Position numbers and translations under genes: made by a program
The notes under the pieces: generated by a model
What the model saw: only the letters and a program-made list of their open reading frames with translations
Databases searched by the model: none
What the model was told of the DNA's origin: nothing
IMG/VR virus record: IMGVR_UViG_3300011339_000397
Coordinates: 1 to 39,369 of that record
Reading direction: 5' to 3' (one strand)
DNA: 39,369 nucleotides
Origin: a virus
Lineage: Duplodnaviria > Caudoviricetes
Shown: in pieces, positions 18,253 through 26,340 of the stretch
Numbering within the stretch: the first letter of the stretch is position 1
How the letters are laid out: every line of letters begins with the position of its first letter

Positions 18253-18725
18253 GCAATAGTACTATCTTTCATTAGGTCTGTCAAGTATGGTTCCTTATAG
18301 TTTGGCCCCTTCATGATCTTACCATCCTCACGAAGAATAGGTTTACCATCATCACCAAGCTTAGACATATTGCTAGTGTGTACACGCTTGAAAGCTTCCC
18401 AGATTGTTGTAGTACTAAACTGTTCTTCTGCTAGAACGAAAGCTTCACTGACATCGTGTAGCAAATCCTTCCACTCTTGCTCCTCTTCTTCACTGATAGT
18501 ACCTTCTCCAATACCCCCACCAAGTACCATGACGAAACCAGTCCGAACATACAGTAAGTCTACAATCTCTTTTAATGCATTCTCACTACCATAGGCACTC
18601 TCATTAAACTCTTTCAACTCTTCCCGAATAAGCTTAACCCACAGGCGTAAGTCTAGGGATGCCTTAAAAGTTCTCATGAACTCTCCAACCATAAGCCCTT
18701 CATGCGACAATACTTCTTCTTCCAT
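18249..18725 (-). CDS. MazG-like / PRA-PH NTP pyrophosphohydrolase
   Basis: LI.EE..E, LKE..DLLYV, VH.SNMSKLG.DGKPI.REDGK..KGPNY..P. Confidence 0.88.
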   Translation of the reverse strand: MEEEVLSHEGLMVGEFMRTFKASLDLRLWVKLIREELKEFNESAYGSENALKEIVDLLYVRTGFVMVLGGGIGEGTISEEEEQEWKDLLHDVSEAFVLAEEQFSTTTIWEAFKRVHTSNMSKLGDDGKPILREDGKIMKGPNYKEPYLTDLMKDSTIA

Positions 18726-18883
18726 TAGTCTTGCTCCAATACTTCTAGTGTGTGTAGTTTAAGGTCATCTAGGTCAAAGATGGCTGACTCCACAAGGCTG
18801 TAGACGTTTTCCATTTCGTCATCTGTCCTTGCAAAAGCAGCCTCTCTGTCAACTTCAACAACCAACGTAATCTCGTACCTCAT
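18725..18883 (-). CDS. Small acidic hypothetical protein (52 aa, not in ORF track)
   Basis: MRYEITLVVEVDREAAF...LEQD; overlaps both neighbours (ATGA and TAATG). Confidence 0.7.
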   Translation of the reverse strand: MRYEITLVVEVDREAAFARTDDEMENVYSLVESAIFDLDDLKLHTLEVLEQD

Positions 18884-19656
18884 TCTTCATACGCTCTCAT
18901 AATCTGCGCAAGAGATACAAACTCTGGTTCATACATACCATTAGCCAACTCTCGCTTAACTACCACACCATGCCACCAACCAGCGTTAGCTTGGCCTGCC
19001 CAATCCTCTGCTGCACCTTTGAAGCAACCTACGACAAGACCAATGTTCCCTCGTGGTAGTGCTGCGTCCTTGAAGTGTAGGTCACGCTTATGTGAATGTC
19101 CACAGGTAGCAGAACAACTTAGGTTTTGGATCACACTATGTGCATGATGGATACCCCCAGTTGCAGTGGCAGAGTTACCAGAGGTGAAGTAGTGTGCATA
19201 GGCTACTCCATCATACATAGCAACTGCTGGCCCACCATTTTCATACTCATGATATTCATCAAACCAGTGATCTGTATCAAGGTGACTGAAAGAAATCCCA
19301 AACTTCTCGCCTTTGCTACGGGGGTTCTTAGCTACGTAAGACTTGATACGATGCTCGTGGTTGCCCTCAAAGCCTACCCAGTATGGACGTTTCTTACGAT
19401 GATGCTTGAAGGGTTCACGAAGGTATTCTTGAGACTGGTTGTAGCACTCAATGTCACGCTCATAGTTCTGTGATGAGATTGCTTTGGGAGACTTCTCATC
19501 GTAGGTATTGAGTGAACGCATATCTGCACCATCACCCAGATCAAACACCATGTCTGGCTTCAAGTCATAAAGGAACTTACCTAATGCTTTGAAGCGGATG
19601 TTGCTGACCTCAGGTTCAGAGTGTGCGCAGGAATAGACTACTACTGTTTTAGTCAT
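18880..19656 (-). CDS. Calcineurin-like metallophosphoesterase
   Basis: LGDGAD, GNHE, AH and GHSH motifs; the first motif reads SCAH instead of SDxH. Confidence 0.85.
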   Translation of the reverse strand: MTKTVVVYSCAHSEPEVSNIRFKALGKFLYDLKPDMVFDLGDGADMRSLNTYDEKSPKAISSQNYERDIECYNQSQEYLREPFKHHRKKRPYWVGFEGNHEHRIKSYVAKNPRSKGEKFGISFSHLDTDHWFDEYHEYENGGPAVAMYDGVAYAHYFTSGNSATATGGIHHAHSVIQNLSCSATCGHSHKRDLHFKDAALPRGNIGLVVGCFKGAAEDWAGQANAGWWHGVVVKRELANGMYEPEFVSLAQIMRAYEE

Positions 19657-19969
19657 ACTCGTGAAACTCCTTTAGGTTCATAGGCAGTGGTTCGATAGAC
19701 TTGTTGAAGTGGTCGATGATGTGTTTAGCTTCACCATAATTCTCGAACCAAGCCTCAATATCAAACACTTCCGAACCTACTGCAATCTTTAGGATCAAAC
19801 GTACCGCACTATCAGATACATCAAGCCCATCTAGTTCGTTATAGTCCAAGTCTTCTGCACGTTTAGCACCCTCAATAATGCTCCAGATTTGTGCATCGTT
19901 ACTAGGGATAGGATCAATCATCTGTAGATCAAACACATCCATAGCCCATTTTTTCAACCAGTTAAACAT
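19649..19969 (-). CDS. Hypothetical protein
   Basis: 106 aa ORF overlapping both neighbours; GAGG RBS. Confidence 0.65.
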   Translation of the reverse strand: MFNWLKKWAMDVFDLQMIDPIPSNDAQIWSIIEGAKRAEDLDYNELDGLDVSDSAVRLILKIAVGSEVFDIEAWFENYGEAKHIIDHFNKSIEPLPMNLKEFHEYD

Positions 19970-20309
19970 TCTTCCAACCTCTCAAGAGTTCCATGTAATG
20001 TTCTAGGCCAACCATCACAATCCATTCAGAACGATCTGCCCTAAAGAATAGTACTGGCTCACCCTTGCCGTGTCGTTTAGCTTGCTCAAGCCAGTCATAC
20101 TGCATCTTCATCCCAGACTTACGCCTCTTGACTTCGATGGTGATTGGCATCTTCTTGCGGGCAGCGGGGGAAAGCTGAATGTCCTCTCCCCCGTCACCCA
20201 TTGTTGTTGACTTAATATCGTCAGGCTCAAACTCAGGGAAGACCTCAAGAAGTTTGTCCCTGATTTCGTTCTGTCCAAGCCTACCCTTTTGTTTAGCTGC
20301 CCGTGTCAT
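19962..20309 (-). CDS. PD-(D/E)XK Holliday-junction-resolvase-like nuclease
   Basis: K.KGR..Q, MG..GEDI.L, IEVK, QA..H...EP.LF.R.DR. Confidence 0.75.
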   Translation of the reverse strand: MTRAAKQKGRLGQNEIRDKLLEVFPEFEPDDIKSTTMGDGGEDIQLSPAARKKMPITIEVKRRKSGMKMQYDWLEQAKRHGKGEPVLFFRADRSEWIVMVGLEHYMELLRGWKNV

Positions 20310-21163
20310 TCAATCCACTCCGTTACACGAGGTTCATTGACGACATCCACAAGGTATACTGGCCCTGTGCTGTATAGAAAAGTTCTTGCCTCTGGCCAAC
20401 AAACCTTACGAAATTCGCAATAGCTACAGGTGCTGGATAGCTGAGTGTTCTCAGATGTCTTTGACTGAGGTACAGGGGGTATCCTATCCGAAGGTATAGG
20501 GCCAGCAACAAGACTTTTAGCACGAGCAATCTCCTTCTCCTTGCCCTCAAGTTCTTCCGTGAAGTTGTATACATCTAGGCATAGCTTAAACATATCTTTC
20601 TGCACAACAAGGAAGGCAGCGTTTTTCTTGTCCTTCACCCTATCATCTTTTTGAGCGGCGTAAAGGTAAGAACTAAGCTGGCTGATGTAACCGTAGGGGT
20701 CTTCTTCTCTGAGGTTGTGGTTCTTGAACTTCATGAAGCCATACTTTGACGCAGACTTAACATCAACCATTACCCCGTCAATGATAGCATCAGTGTGTCC
20801 GATGATACCGAAGACATCTACTTCGTCTTGCATACCCTCAACCTTATGCCCTGCGGCTACAGCTAAGGATAGTACGAGGGCTTCCAGCAGGTCACCATAA
20901 AAGAAAGTTCCTAGCATCTCAGCACGTAGGGGTTCTGAGTCTTGGCTTTGATTGATCTTGTACCATAGCTTTCTGTCGCAGGGTGAGCCAATGCCAGAGA
21001 GGCTTAGGTAATCCCGTGGTACTTGCTCTTGGGAAAACCTAGCCTCAGCAGCCTTGGCAATAGAGGAAGACAGGAACTGTGTAGATGCAGCATCCCATCC
21101 CCCTTTACCTTCGACAACCCTGTAGATATCGTCTACGAGTGTACTTAAATCTTTAAGACCCAT
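20306..21163 (-). CDS. Cas4-like PD-(D/E)XK exonuclease
   Basis: LS.SGIG.PC.RKLWY, G...E, GH.D..IDG..VDVKS, Y..QL..Y, C.YC.F...CW. Confidence 0.85.
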   Translation of the reverse strand: MGLKDLSTLVDDIYRVVEGKGGWDAASTQFLSSSIAKAAEARFSQEQVPRDYLSLSGIGSPCDRKLWYKINQSQDSEPLRAEMLGTFFYGDLLEALVLSLAVAAGHKVEGMQDEVDVFGIIGHTDAIIDGVMVDVKSASKYGFMKFKNHNLREEDPYGYISQLSSYLYAAQKDDRVKDKKNAAFLVVQKDMFKLCLDVYNFTEELEGKEKEIARAKSLVAGPIPSDRIPPVPQSKTSENTQLSSTCSYCEFRKVCWPEARTFLYSTGPVYLVDVVNEPRVTEWIE

Positions 21164-21615
21164 TTTGCAAATCTTTCTAGCTCCTCTTGAGTTGCATCTT
21201 GCTTCATCGTGTTAGCCAGACGGGATATTACCTGTATGTTACCTTTTACATAACCTCCCTGAGGAGAGATTTTATCTAAAGAGGGGGCATACCTAGTTTT
21301 AGTCTCCATCTTCACACCCAGTACAGGGCAGACATCCCAATCTGGTATATCCTCAAGACTAAGATCAAAAGGTGTAGAACTCTTTTTAGACCTTTGTTTT
21401 GCGCTGGATAGCATCTTAGCCTTAGGTTTTTCTTTCCTAAAGTTTTCAGAGTGAACCCTGCGTTTCTCTTTTTCCCTAGCTATGTTCTTACCCATCCAGT
21501 CTTTTTGGTAAGAAGATACATAGGCTTTTCGGCAAGCGGGGTGTAAAGTCCTATCAACTCGGCCTGATAAGACAGGAACCCCGCAATGCTTACATAGACT
21601 CTGGTATACTTTCAT
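21145..21615 (-). CDS. Free-standing HNH-family endonuclease
   Basis: AK.RS....F.L..EDIP....CPVLG...PSLDKI.P..GY.KGN..VIS..AN..K..A...EL; paralogue of the intron HNH; AGGAG RBS. Confidence 0.85.
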   Translation of the reverse strand: MKVYQSLCKHCGVPVLSGRVDRTLHPACRKAYVSSYQKDWMGKNIAREKEKRRVHSENFRKEKPKAKMLSSAKQRSKKSSTPFDLSLEDIPDWDVCPVLGVKMETKTRYAPSLDKISPQGGYVKGNIQVISRLANTMKQDATQEELERFAKWVLKI

Positions 21616-21637
21616 GTGCTATCTCCTGCTTTACACA

Positions 21638-21666
21638 GTTATAACACAGTTTATCTATACCGTCAA
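21638..21666 (-). promoter_or_regulatory. Sigma70-like promoter of the HNH cassette
   Basis: TTGACG-N17-TATAAC, with a direct repeat AACTGTGT on either side of the -10 TAT. Confidence 0.65.
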
Positions 21667-21686
21667 GAGTGTGTCTATTGTTTTAC

Positions 21687-22235
21687 TCAAAAGGGAATCT
21701 CATCATCATCTTCGACTGTGTAAACTTTAGGTGCTGGCTTAGTGGTAGACTTGGCTGCTGCCTTAGGCGGTGGTGTTGGGGCTTCGTCCTCTTCGTCTTC
21801 GTCGGGGTTATACTCTACGTGCTTAGTAACCTTAACCTTTTCAAGGCGAGTGCCGATGATGTTCTTGCGAGAAGTATCATAGACATTCAGGATAACCTCT
21901 ACAGTAGAACCATTACCAATAGAGCCATCCTCGTCGTAGTCCCAGACAGTGCCATCTCCTTTGACCACCTTAGGCGCACCACCAGCATAGGCTTCTTCCC
22001 ATTTACGCTTGAAGCGTACACGAGTTAGCCCATCATTGTCAGGGCTATCCTTACCCTTGAGCATCGACTTGCTCTTAGCCAGCTTGGCCATGCTCTCTGC
22101 ATCCAAGTCAACGTCGATGGTACACTGACCGCCAGAATCCTTAAGGGCATTCTCAAACCCAGTCAAGTCTCGATTGTCCTCAAAGACTTTAGCCCAGTAG
22201 CCAATGCCAGTTAGTTTTACTTTACGTGTTGCCAT
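21687..22235 (-). CDS. Single-stranded DNA-binding protein (T7 gp2.5-like)
   Basis: G...WAKV, P.V, IGNGS.V.V, RLE.V.V and acidic tail ending DDDEIPF; AAGGAG RBS. Confidence 0.8.
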   Translation of the reverse strand: MATRKVKLTGIGYWAKVFEDNRDLTGFENALKDSGGQCTIDVDLDAESMAKLAKSKSMLKGKDSPDNDGLTRVRFKRKWEEAYAGGAPKVVKGDGTVWDYDEDGSIGNGSTVEVILNVYDTSRKNIIGTRLEKVKVTKHVEYNPDEDEEDEAPTPPPKAAAKSTTKPAPKVYTVEDDDEIPF

Positions 22236-22258
22236 GTGTAGCTCCTTTGCAATGTGTA

Positions 22259-22288
22259 ATTGTAACAGATATCAGTTCTATTGTGCAA
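22259..22288 (-). promoter_or_regulatory. Possible promoter for SSB
   Basis: TTGCAC-N18-TACAAT with TGn extension upstream of the SSB RBS. Confidence 0.45.
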
Positions 22289-22424
22289 GTGGTTTCTCAC
22301 CAGCTACACGATATTTTCTTTGCTTCGAGTTATCCCGAACCAACTCCTTGCCACCAGCAGCCATACGCACAGGGATACTGTTTGGCTTGGTCAACTTCTT
22401 TAGTCCAATGATCTTCTTTTCCAT
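22278..22424 (-). CDS. Small basic protein (48 aa, not in ORF track)
   Basis: MEKKIIGLKKLTKPNSIPVRMAAGGKEL...; AGGAG RBS. Confidence 0.65.
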   Translation of the reverse strand: MEKKIIGLKKLTKPNSIPVRMAAGGKELVRDNSKQRKYRVAGEKPLAQ

Positions 22425-22433
22425 GTCTTACTC

Positions 22434-22655
22434 CTAGTAATTACTGAGGATACTCTCTGCCAGAGATTTTGGGTTCCAAGAAGGGCTATAGTCTGTAGAG
22501 AACAGGGCTTCTCCAACCCCGATACGAAGGACTATCTTGTCTGGTAGTTTGTATAGATAACTTGTGTAGACATCTGTGTCTAGAGCTTTTGATACCCGAC
22601 TACTAACTCTGTCTAAGTATTCACAGACTTCTAAATGTAGCTGTTCAGAAACCAT
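22434..22655 (-). CDS. Hypothetical protein
   Basis: 73 aa ORF in operon, with AAGGAAAG upstream. Confidence 0.6.
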   Translation of the reverse strand: MVSEQLHLEVCEYLDRVSSRVSKALDTDVYTSYLYKLPDKIVLRIGVGEALFSTDYSPSWNPKSLAESILSNY

Positions 22656-22664
22656 AATCTTTCC

Positions 22665-24539
22665 TTAGTGGATTGAGGAATATGTAGTGCCAAACTGTAC
22701 GTCAATGTCCAGCTTGATGTTTAGTTTGAGCTTCTCGTTCACCTTCTCAATAGCCCAACGGAGAACTGACTCATGCTCTGTCTCCTCACCTAGTGGAATG
22801 CGATTGATAGACTCGTCGTGAAACTGACCAATGATGTTGGGTCGCTTGGTCAGGTAGTGAGCCACCCACTGATCGAAGCAGTATGCCCCAGTGGATTGGT
22901 TTAGCGTAGAGAAGATATCCTTCTCATAACGGAGTGAATACCAGAAGCCATTGACAGGGTTCTTCACCCACATCTGACTGTTCAAGGTCTTCACTTCTTG
23001 TTCCTTAGCAAACTGTTTGACTGCCCAGTTGCGCTCCCAGTATGCCTCAAGCAACACACCAGCTTCTGCCACTGTCATGCCTGTAGTTCTAGCCAGCTTG
23101 CTCTTACCTACGCCATACACTGCACTGTAGTTCACAGGCTTGAACTTCTTGCGTGTCTTCTTGATACTCTTGAAGCGAGAGATGTCATTGACAGTAGCCT
23201 CATCAGCCCGTGTGTAGAACTCATAGTCATCCCTGTCGATGTAGCCTGCACGTACAGCAAGGTCAAGGTGTTCATCAAAACCTTCCACTGACATCTCTGC
23301 CACATACTCAGGGTCATACGGGAAGATGAAGTGACGCTTGGTGGTAGCCTCAAGAGACACCATGTCAGCACCACACATGATCGTATCCTCGTCAGCAATA
23401 AGCGCACCACGGATTTCCTTACCCCAAGGCTTATCAACTCCGGGAAGATTAACCAGTGGTTTCTTATGCTTGAAGCGTAGTGTGTTGGTTAGGCCAGCAA
23501 CTTCTGCACTGACATACCCATCAACCTCTGACTCTAGCATACCCTCGAAGATAGACTTGCGGTGCTGCAAGACTGTGAGTCCATCAAGAACACCCACCTC
23601 TGGGTGATCCTCAATGAGTAGCTTAACAGATGGTGCAAGCTCCCCTTCCTTACGCACCTGTGGGACTTTCCTCTCGCTGCCATCATCATTGGTCTTGTAG
23701 TCAAAGGTGCATGGCTCCCACCCGAAGGAGAACAGCCAGTCCTTTACCTGATCTGGTGAGTTAGGGTTAGCCTTCTCCACGCTCTTAACAACACGCACAT
23801 CGTCTTCGTGGAACAGGGGTAGGTCATTGTCCTCAAGTATCCTGAACCAGTCCAGTGCAGCCTTGCTGTGTGACCCATCCTTAATGGTCATCTTCTCTGG
23901 CTTAGACTTAGTGGCATACTTGACCACATCAGGCATGACACTGCGTAGTTCTTCTACCTTCTCTGTCTGTAGTTTCTCTAGCGTAGCCAGTGATTCTGTC
24001 ACAAGCTTCTTGTCGATACGCCAGCCAGCAGCACTAGCCTTGTGAGCTACACGCATCTTGAAGGTAAGATACTGGAAGAACTTCTCCATGCTGTCTGTGT
24101 CTTTACCATACAGCATCTTGTAACGCTTGAGCAGGTTCTGCCACAGCATCCAGTTGATCTTCACATCCTCTTCACAGCGATGCTTATACTCTTCGTAGCT
24201 TAGGCCAACCCAGTCTGTAACCACAGGCTTAGGGATACCGAAGTCTTCACCAAAGGACTCAAGCCCGTGGATCATACGATCAGTGTTGATTACCCAAGAC
24301 ATGGGCAGTGTGTCATAGAGTTTAGCCTTAATGGTGATGCCAAGGATTTTCTCTAGTGCAGGAACGTCGAAGCGACAGATATCATGGCCTATTAGACTAT
24401 CCGCACCAGTAAGCAGGTCACGCATATCGTTGTAGTTATTGGTTGACTGATAATCCTTACCATCTGTTGTCCACGACAGCACATGAACTTTCTTTGCTTG
24501 CCGTAGCAGCCCGTCCGTTTCCGTGTCTAATAAGATCAT
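22665..24539 (-). CDS. Family A DNA polymerase with 3'-5' exonuclease
   Basis: ExoI DTETDG, ExoII H....FD, ExoIII C.EDV; motif A GAD...LE, motif B RKKFKPVNYSAVYG, motif C FHDE. Confidence 0.95.
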   Translation of the reverse strand: MILLDTETDGLLRQAKKVHVLSWTTDGKDYQSTNNYNDMRDLLTGADSLIGHDICRFDVPALEKILGITIKAKLYDTLPMSWVINTDRMIHGLESFGEDFGIPKPVVTDWVGLSYEEYKHRCEEDVKINWMLWQNLLKRYKMLYGKDTDSMEKFFQYLTFKMRVAHKASAAGWRIDKKLVTESLATLEKLQTEKVEELRSVMPDVVKYATKSKPEKMTIKDGSHSKAALDWFRILEDNDLPLFHEDDVRVVKSVEKANPNSPDQVKDWLFSFGWEPCTFDYKTNDDGSERKVPQVRKEGELAPSVKLLIEDHPEVGVLDGLTVLQHRKSIFEGMLESEVDGYVSAEVAGLTNTLRFKHKKPLVNLPGVDKPWGKEIRGALIADEDTIMCGADMVSLEATTKRHFIFPYDPEYVAEMSVEGFDEHLDLAVRAGYIDRDDYEFYTRADEATVNDISRFKSIKKTRKKFKPVNYSAVYGVGKSKLARTTGMTVAEAGVLLEAYWERNWAVKQFAKEQEVKTLNSQMWVKNPVNGFWYSLRYEKDIFSTLNQSTGAYCFDQWVAHYLTKRPNIIGQFHDESINRIPLGEETEHESVLRWAIEKVNEKLKLNIKLDIDVQFGTTYSSIH

Positions 24540-25671
24540 TATACATCCTTACAATATCTGGCAGTGTAGTACGTAGTTCATCAGAGATGATCTTGTTAGA
24601 GTGTCCATAGCATTGCTGTAACATGGCATGAAGAATCCTACTGCCTGTCGGGTTGTCCTCATCTCGTATTGAGCCTATGGTAAGCCCAAGGGTTGCCCTC
24701 TCCTTACCATCAATCTTGAACACAGCGTAGTTACCAATACTAGCAGTGTGTGCATAGGATGCTACACAATGTCTCATCTGCATACCCTCTGCGGCAATAT
24801 CAGCCTGTGAAGTTAGAAGTGTAAAGGTATAACCACCCTGTGTAAAGACGCAATCTTCTGCAAACTTTTTCTCGGAGTAACCTTTACGTGCCACATCCCA
24901 TGACAGACGATCATGCTCTTCATTCCACCTACGCCAAGACCAGTTACGGTTTACCTCAATCCCAGCCCTGTCAGCCATTCGCATAGTATCTCTTACGATA
25001 CCAAGTGTCTGCTCAAAGTCTTCGATACGTGGTGCAACCTTCGCAGCAATTACTGGTGTCTCTCCCCTATGACTACTATATGGTAGATAGTATAAAGATA
25101 ACATAGGTAGTATACCTGTTCTCACAGAGGTAAGTTCTGTGCTGTATTTTAGCAGTGGTGCAAGGAGTTTCATTCTAGTCTTTGAAGTATGCGCCAGTTG
25201 TTTCCACAAACCTTTATCAAACCTTTTCCGTAGCTGTTGTGGGTCTTCCTGAAACTCAAGCATTAGTGGGATCAGGTTGATCGTTCTGTCCTTAACTGCT
25301 TGGTCAATCAGATGCTTGTTCTCTAATGCACGATCTACCATGTATGGAGCGAAGGTATTCCAGCGCCTACCTGCACGACTTATAGCAAAGTAAGTCTCAC
25401 GGGGAAAGTTCGCTTTGATGAACGTGTTGTATAATGCAGCGTTCAAACGCAGGGTTATCTTAGAACCGAAGTACTCGTGTAGCTTTTTGTTCAACACTCG
25501 TGAGGCAACCTTATCATTGTCTTCCCACCACTTTACCTCGTAATCCCTCGCGTTGAGAGTCAACCATACATTAAACATAAAAGGGTTGCGTGGGACTTCT
25601 TCATACTTACTGAAAACTTTGTCGCCCAGCTTTACAAAATCTTTTCCGCTTGTCAGTTCATACAGTGGCAT
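24457..25671 (-). CDS. PcfJ-like domain protein
   Basis: C-terminal L.....I..EG..MRHCVASY ... RATL ... Q..G..N. Confidence 0.75.
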   Translation of the reverse strand: MPLYELTSGKDFVKLGDKVFSKYEEVPRNPFMFNVWLTLNARDYEVKWWEDNDKVASRVLNKKLHEYFGSKITLRLNAALYNTFIKANFPRETYFAISRAGRRWNTFAPYMVDRALENKHLIDQAVKDRTINLIPLMLEFQEDPQQLRKRFDKGLWKQLAHTSKTRMKLLAPLLKYSTELTSVRTGILPMLSLYYLPYSSHRGETPVIAAKVAPRIEDFEQTLGIVRDTMRMADRAGIEVNRNWSWRRWNEEHDRLSWDVARKGYSEKKFAEDCVFTQGGYTFTLLTSQADIAAEGMQMRHCVASYAHTASIGNYAVFKIDGKERATLGLTIGSIRDEDNPTGSRILHAMLQQCYGHSNKIISDELRTTLPDIVRMYNDLIRHGNGRAATASKESSCAVVDNRW

Positions 25672-25672
25672 C

Positions 25673-26287
25673 TTAGAAACCTTCTCTTAAGATTGTTGTC
25701 TCGTTTTTTGAGAGAGCTAAGGCATCTTCATAGACAAGCCTTAACTCTTCCAGTGTTGCATTACTTTTAAGTAGGTTAGCTCTTTGGCTTATCACCCGTA
25801 CATTACCTGCGACATAACCTAAGCTAGGCACAATCTTGTCTAATGAGGGTGAGTTGTCTGAAGCCTTGTCTTTGCCAATTTCTAAGACAAGCCCAAGGAT
25901 AGGGCATCTTTCTGGTATTACGATGTCTTTCTCTTGCAATTCAAAAGGTATGTTTTTAATCTTGGCAGAGTGTCTTGTGCGATACAACATACGCTTCTCG
26001 TGGTTTTCCTTATTCCAATCTAACCTTTTTAAGGTATCCTTGTTCGCAGTTGACCTACAGCTATTGGAACAATACTTCCTCTTCTTGGAAAGCAACAGGA
26101 ACTCTTCCCCACAGGCGACACAACTGCCTGTTCTGGGTTCTTTATTGTCATTCAGTGGTACATAGACCTCTTTTTTATAAGAGGCTTTACACCCCTTACA
26201 CCAAGATTGCCTACCATCCTTCTCTTTGTTGTGCAAGGCAAAGTCTTCGAGCATCTTCACCTTACCACATTTGCTGCATCTTTTCAT
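25673..26287 (-). CDS. Free-standing HNH-family endonuclease
   Basis: Two N-terminal Cys-rich modules (CSKC...CKGC; CVAC...YCS.SC) and the CPILG...SPSLDKI.P..GY..GNV.VIS..AN..K core. Confidence 0.85.
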   Translation of the reverse strand: MKRCSKCGKVKMLEDFALHNKEKDGRQSWCKGCKASYKKEVYVPLNDNKEPRTGSCVACGEEFLLLSKKRKYCSNSCRSTANKDTLKRLDWNKENHEKRMLYRTRHSAKIKNIPFELQEKDIVIPERCPILGLVLEIGKDKASDNSPSLDKIVPSLGYVAGNVRVISQRANLLKSNATLEELRLVYEDALALSKNETTILREGF

Positions 26288-26311
26288 CTTAAACTCCCAT
26301 AGAATGGTGTA

Positions 26312-26339
26312 GTTTTACATAAAAAGTATTGTAAGTCAA
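26312..26339 (-). promoter_or_regulatory. Sigma70-like promoter of the HNH cassette
   Basis: TTGACT-N16-TAAAAC starting 1 nt after the helicase stop codon. Confidence 0.5.
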
Positions 26340-26340
26340 G

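Noticed and set aside
21143-21666. Self-splicing intron around the free-standing HNH genes (also 25673-26340)
   Set aside because: No P/Q/R/S or group II domain V elements; only ~50 nt of non-coding flank, occupied by promoter and RBS.
23760-23940. DnaJ-type zinc-finger insertion or intein in the polymerase
   Set aside because: No CxxCxGxG repeats and no intein termini; the segment sits where T7-like thumb insertions occur.
24457-24539. 83-nt overlap of the PcfJ-like gene with the polymerase start as a programmed fusion
   Set aside because: No slippery site seen; the polymerase has its own AAGGA RBS, so a run-on C-terminal tail is the simpler explanation.
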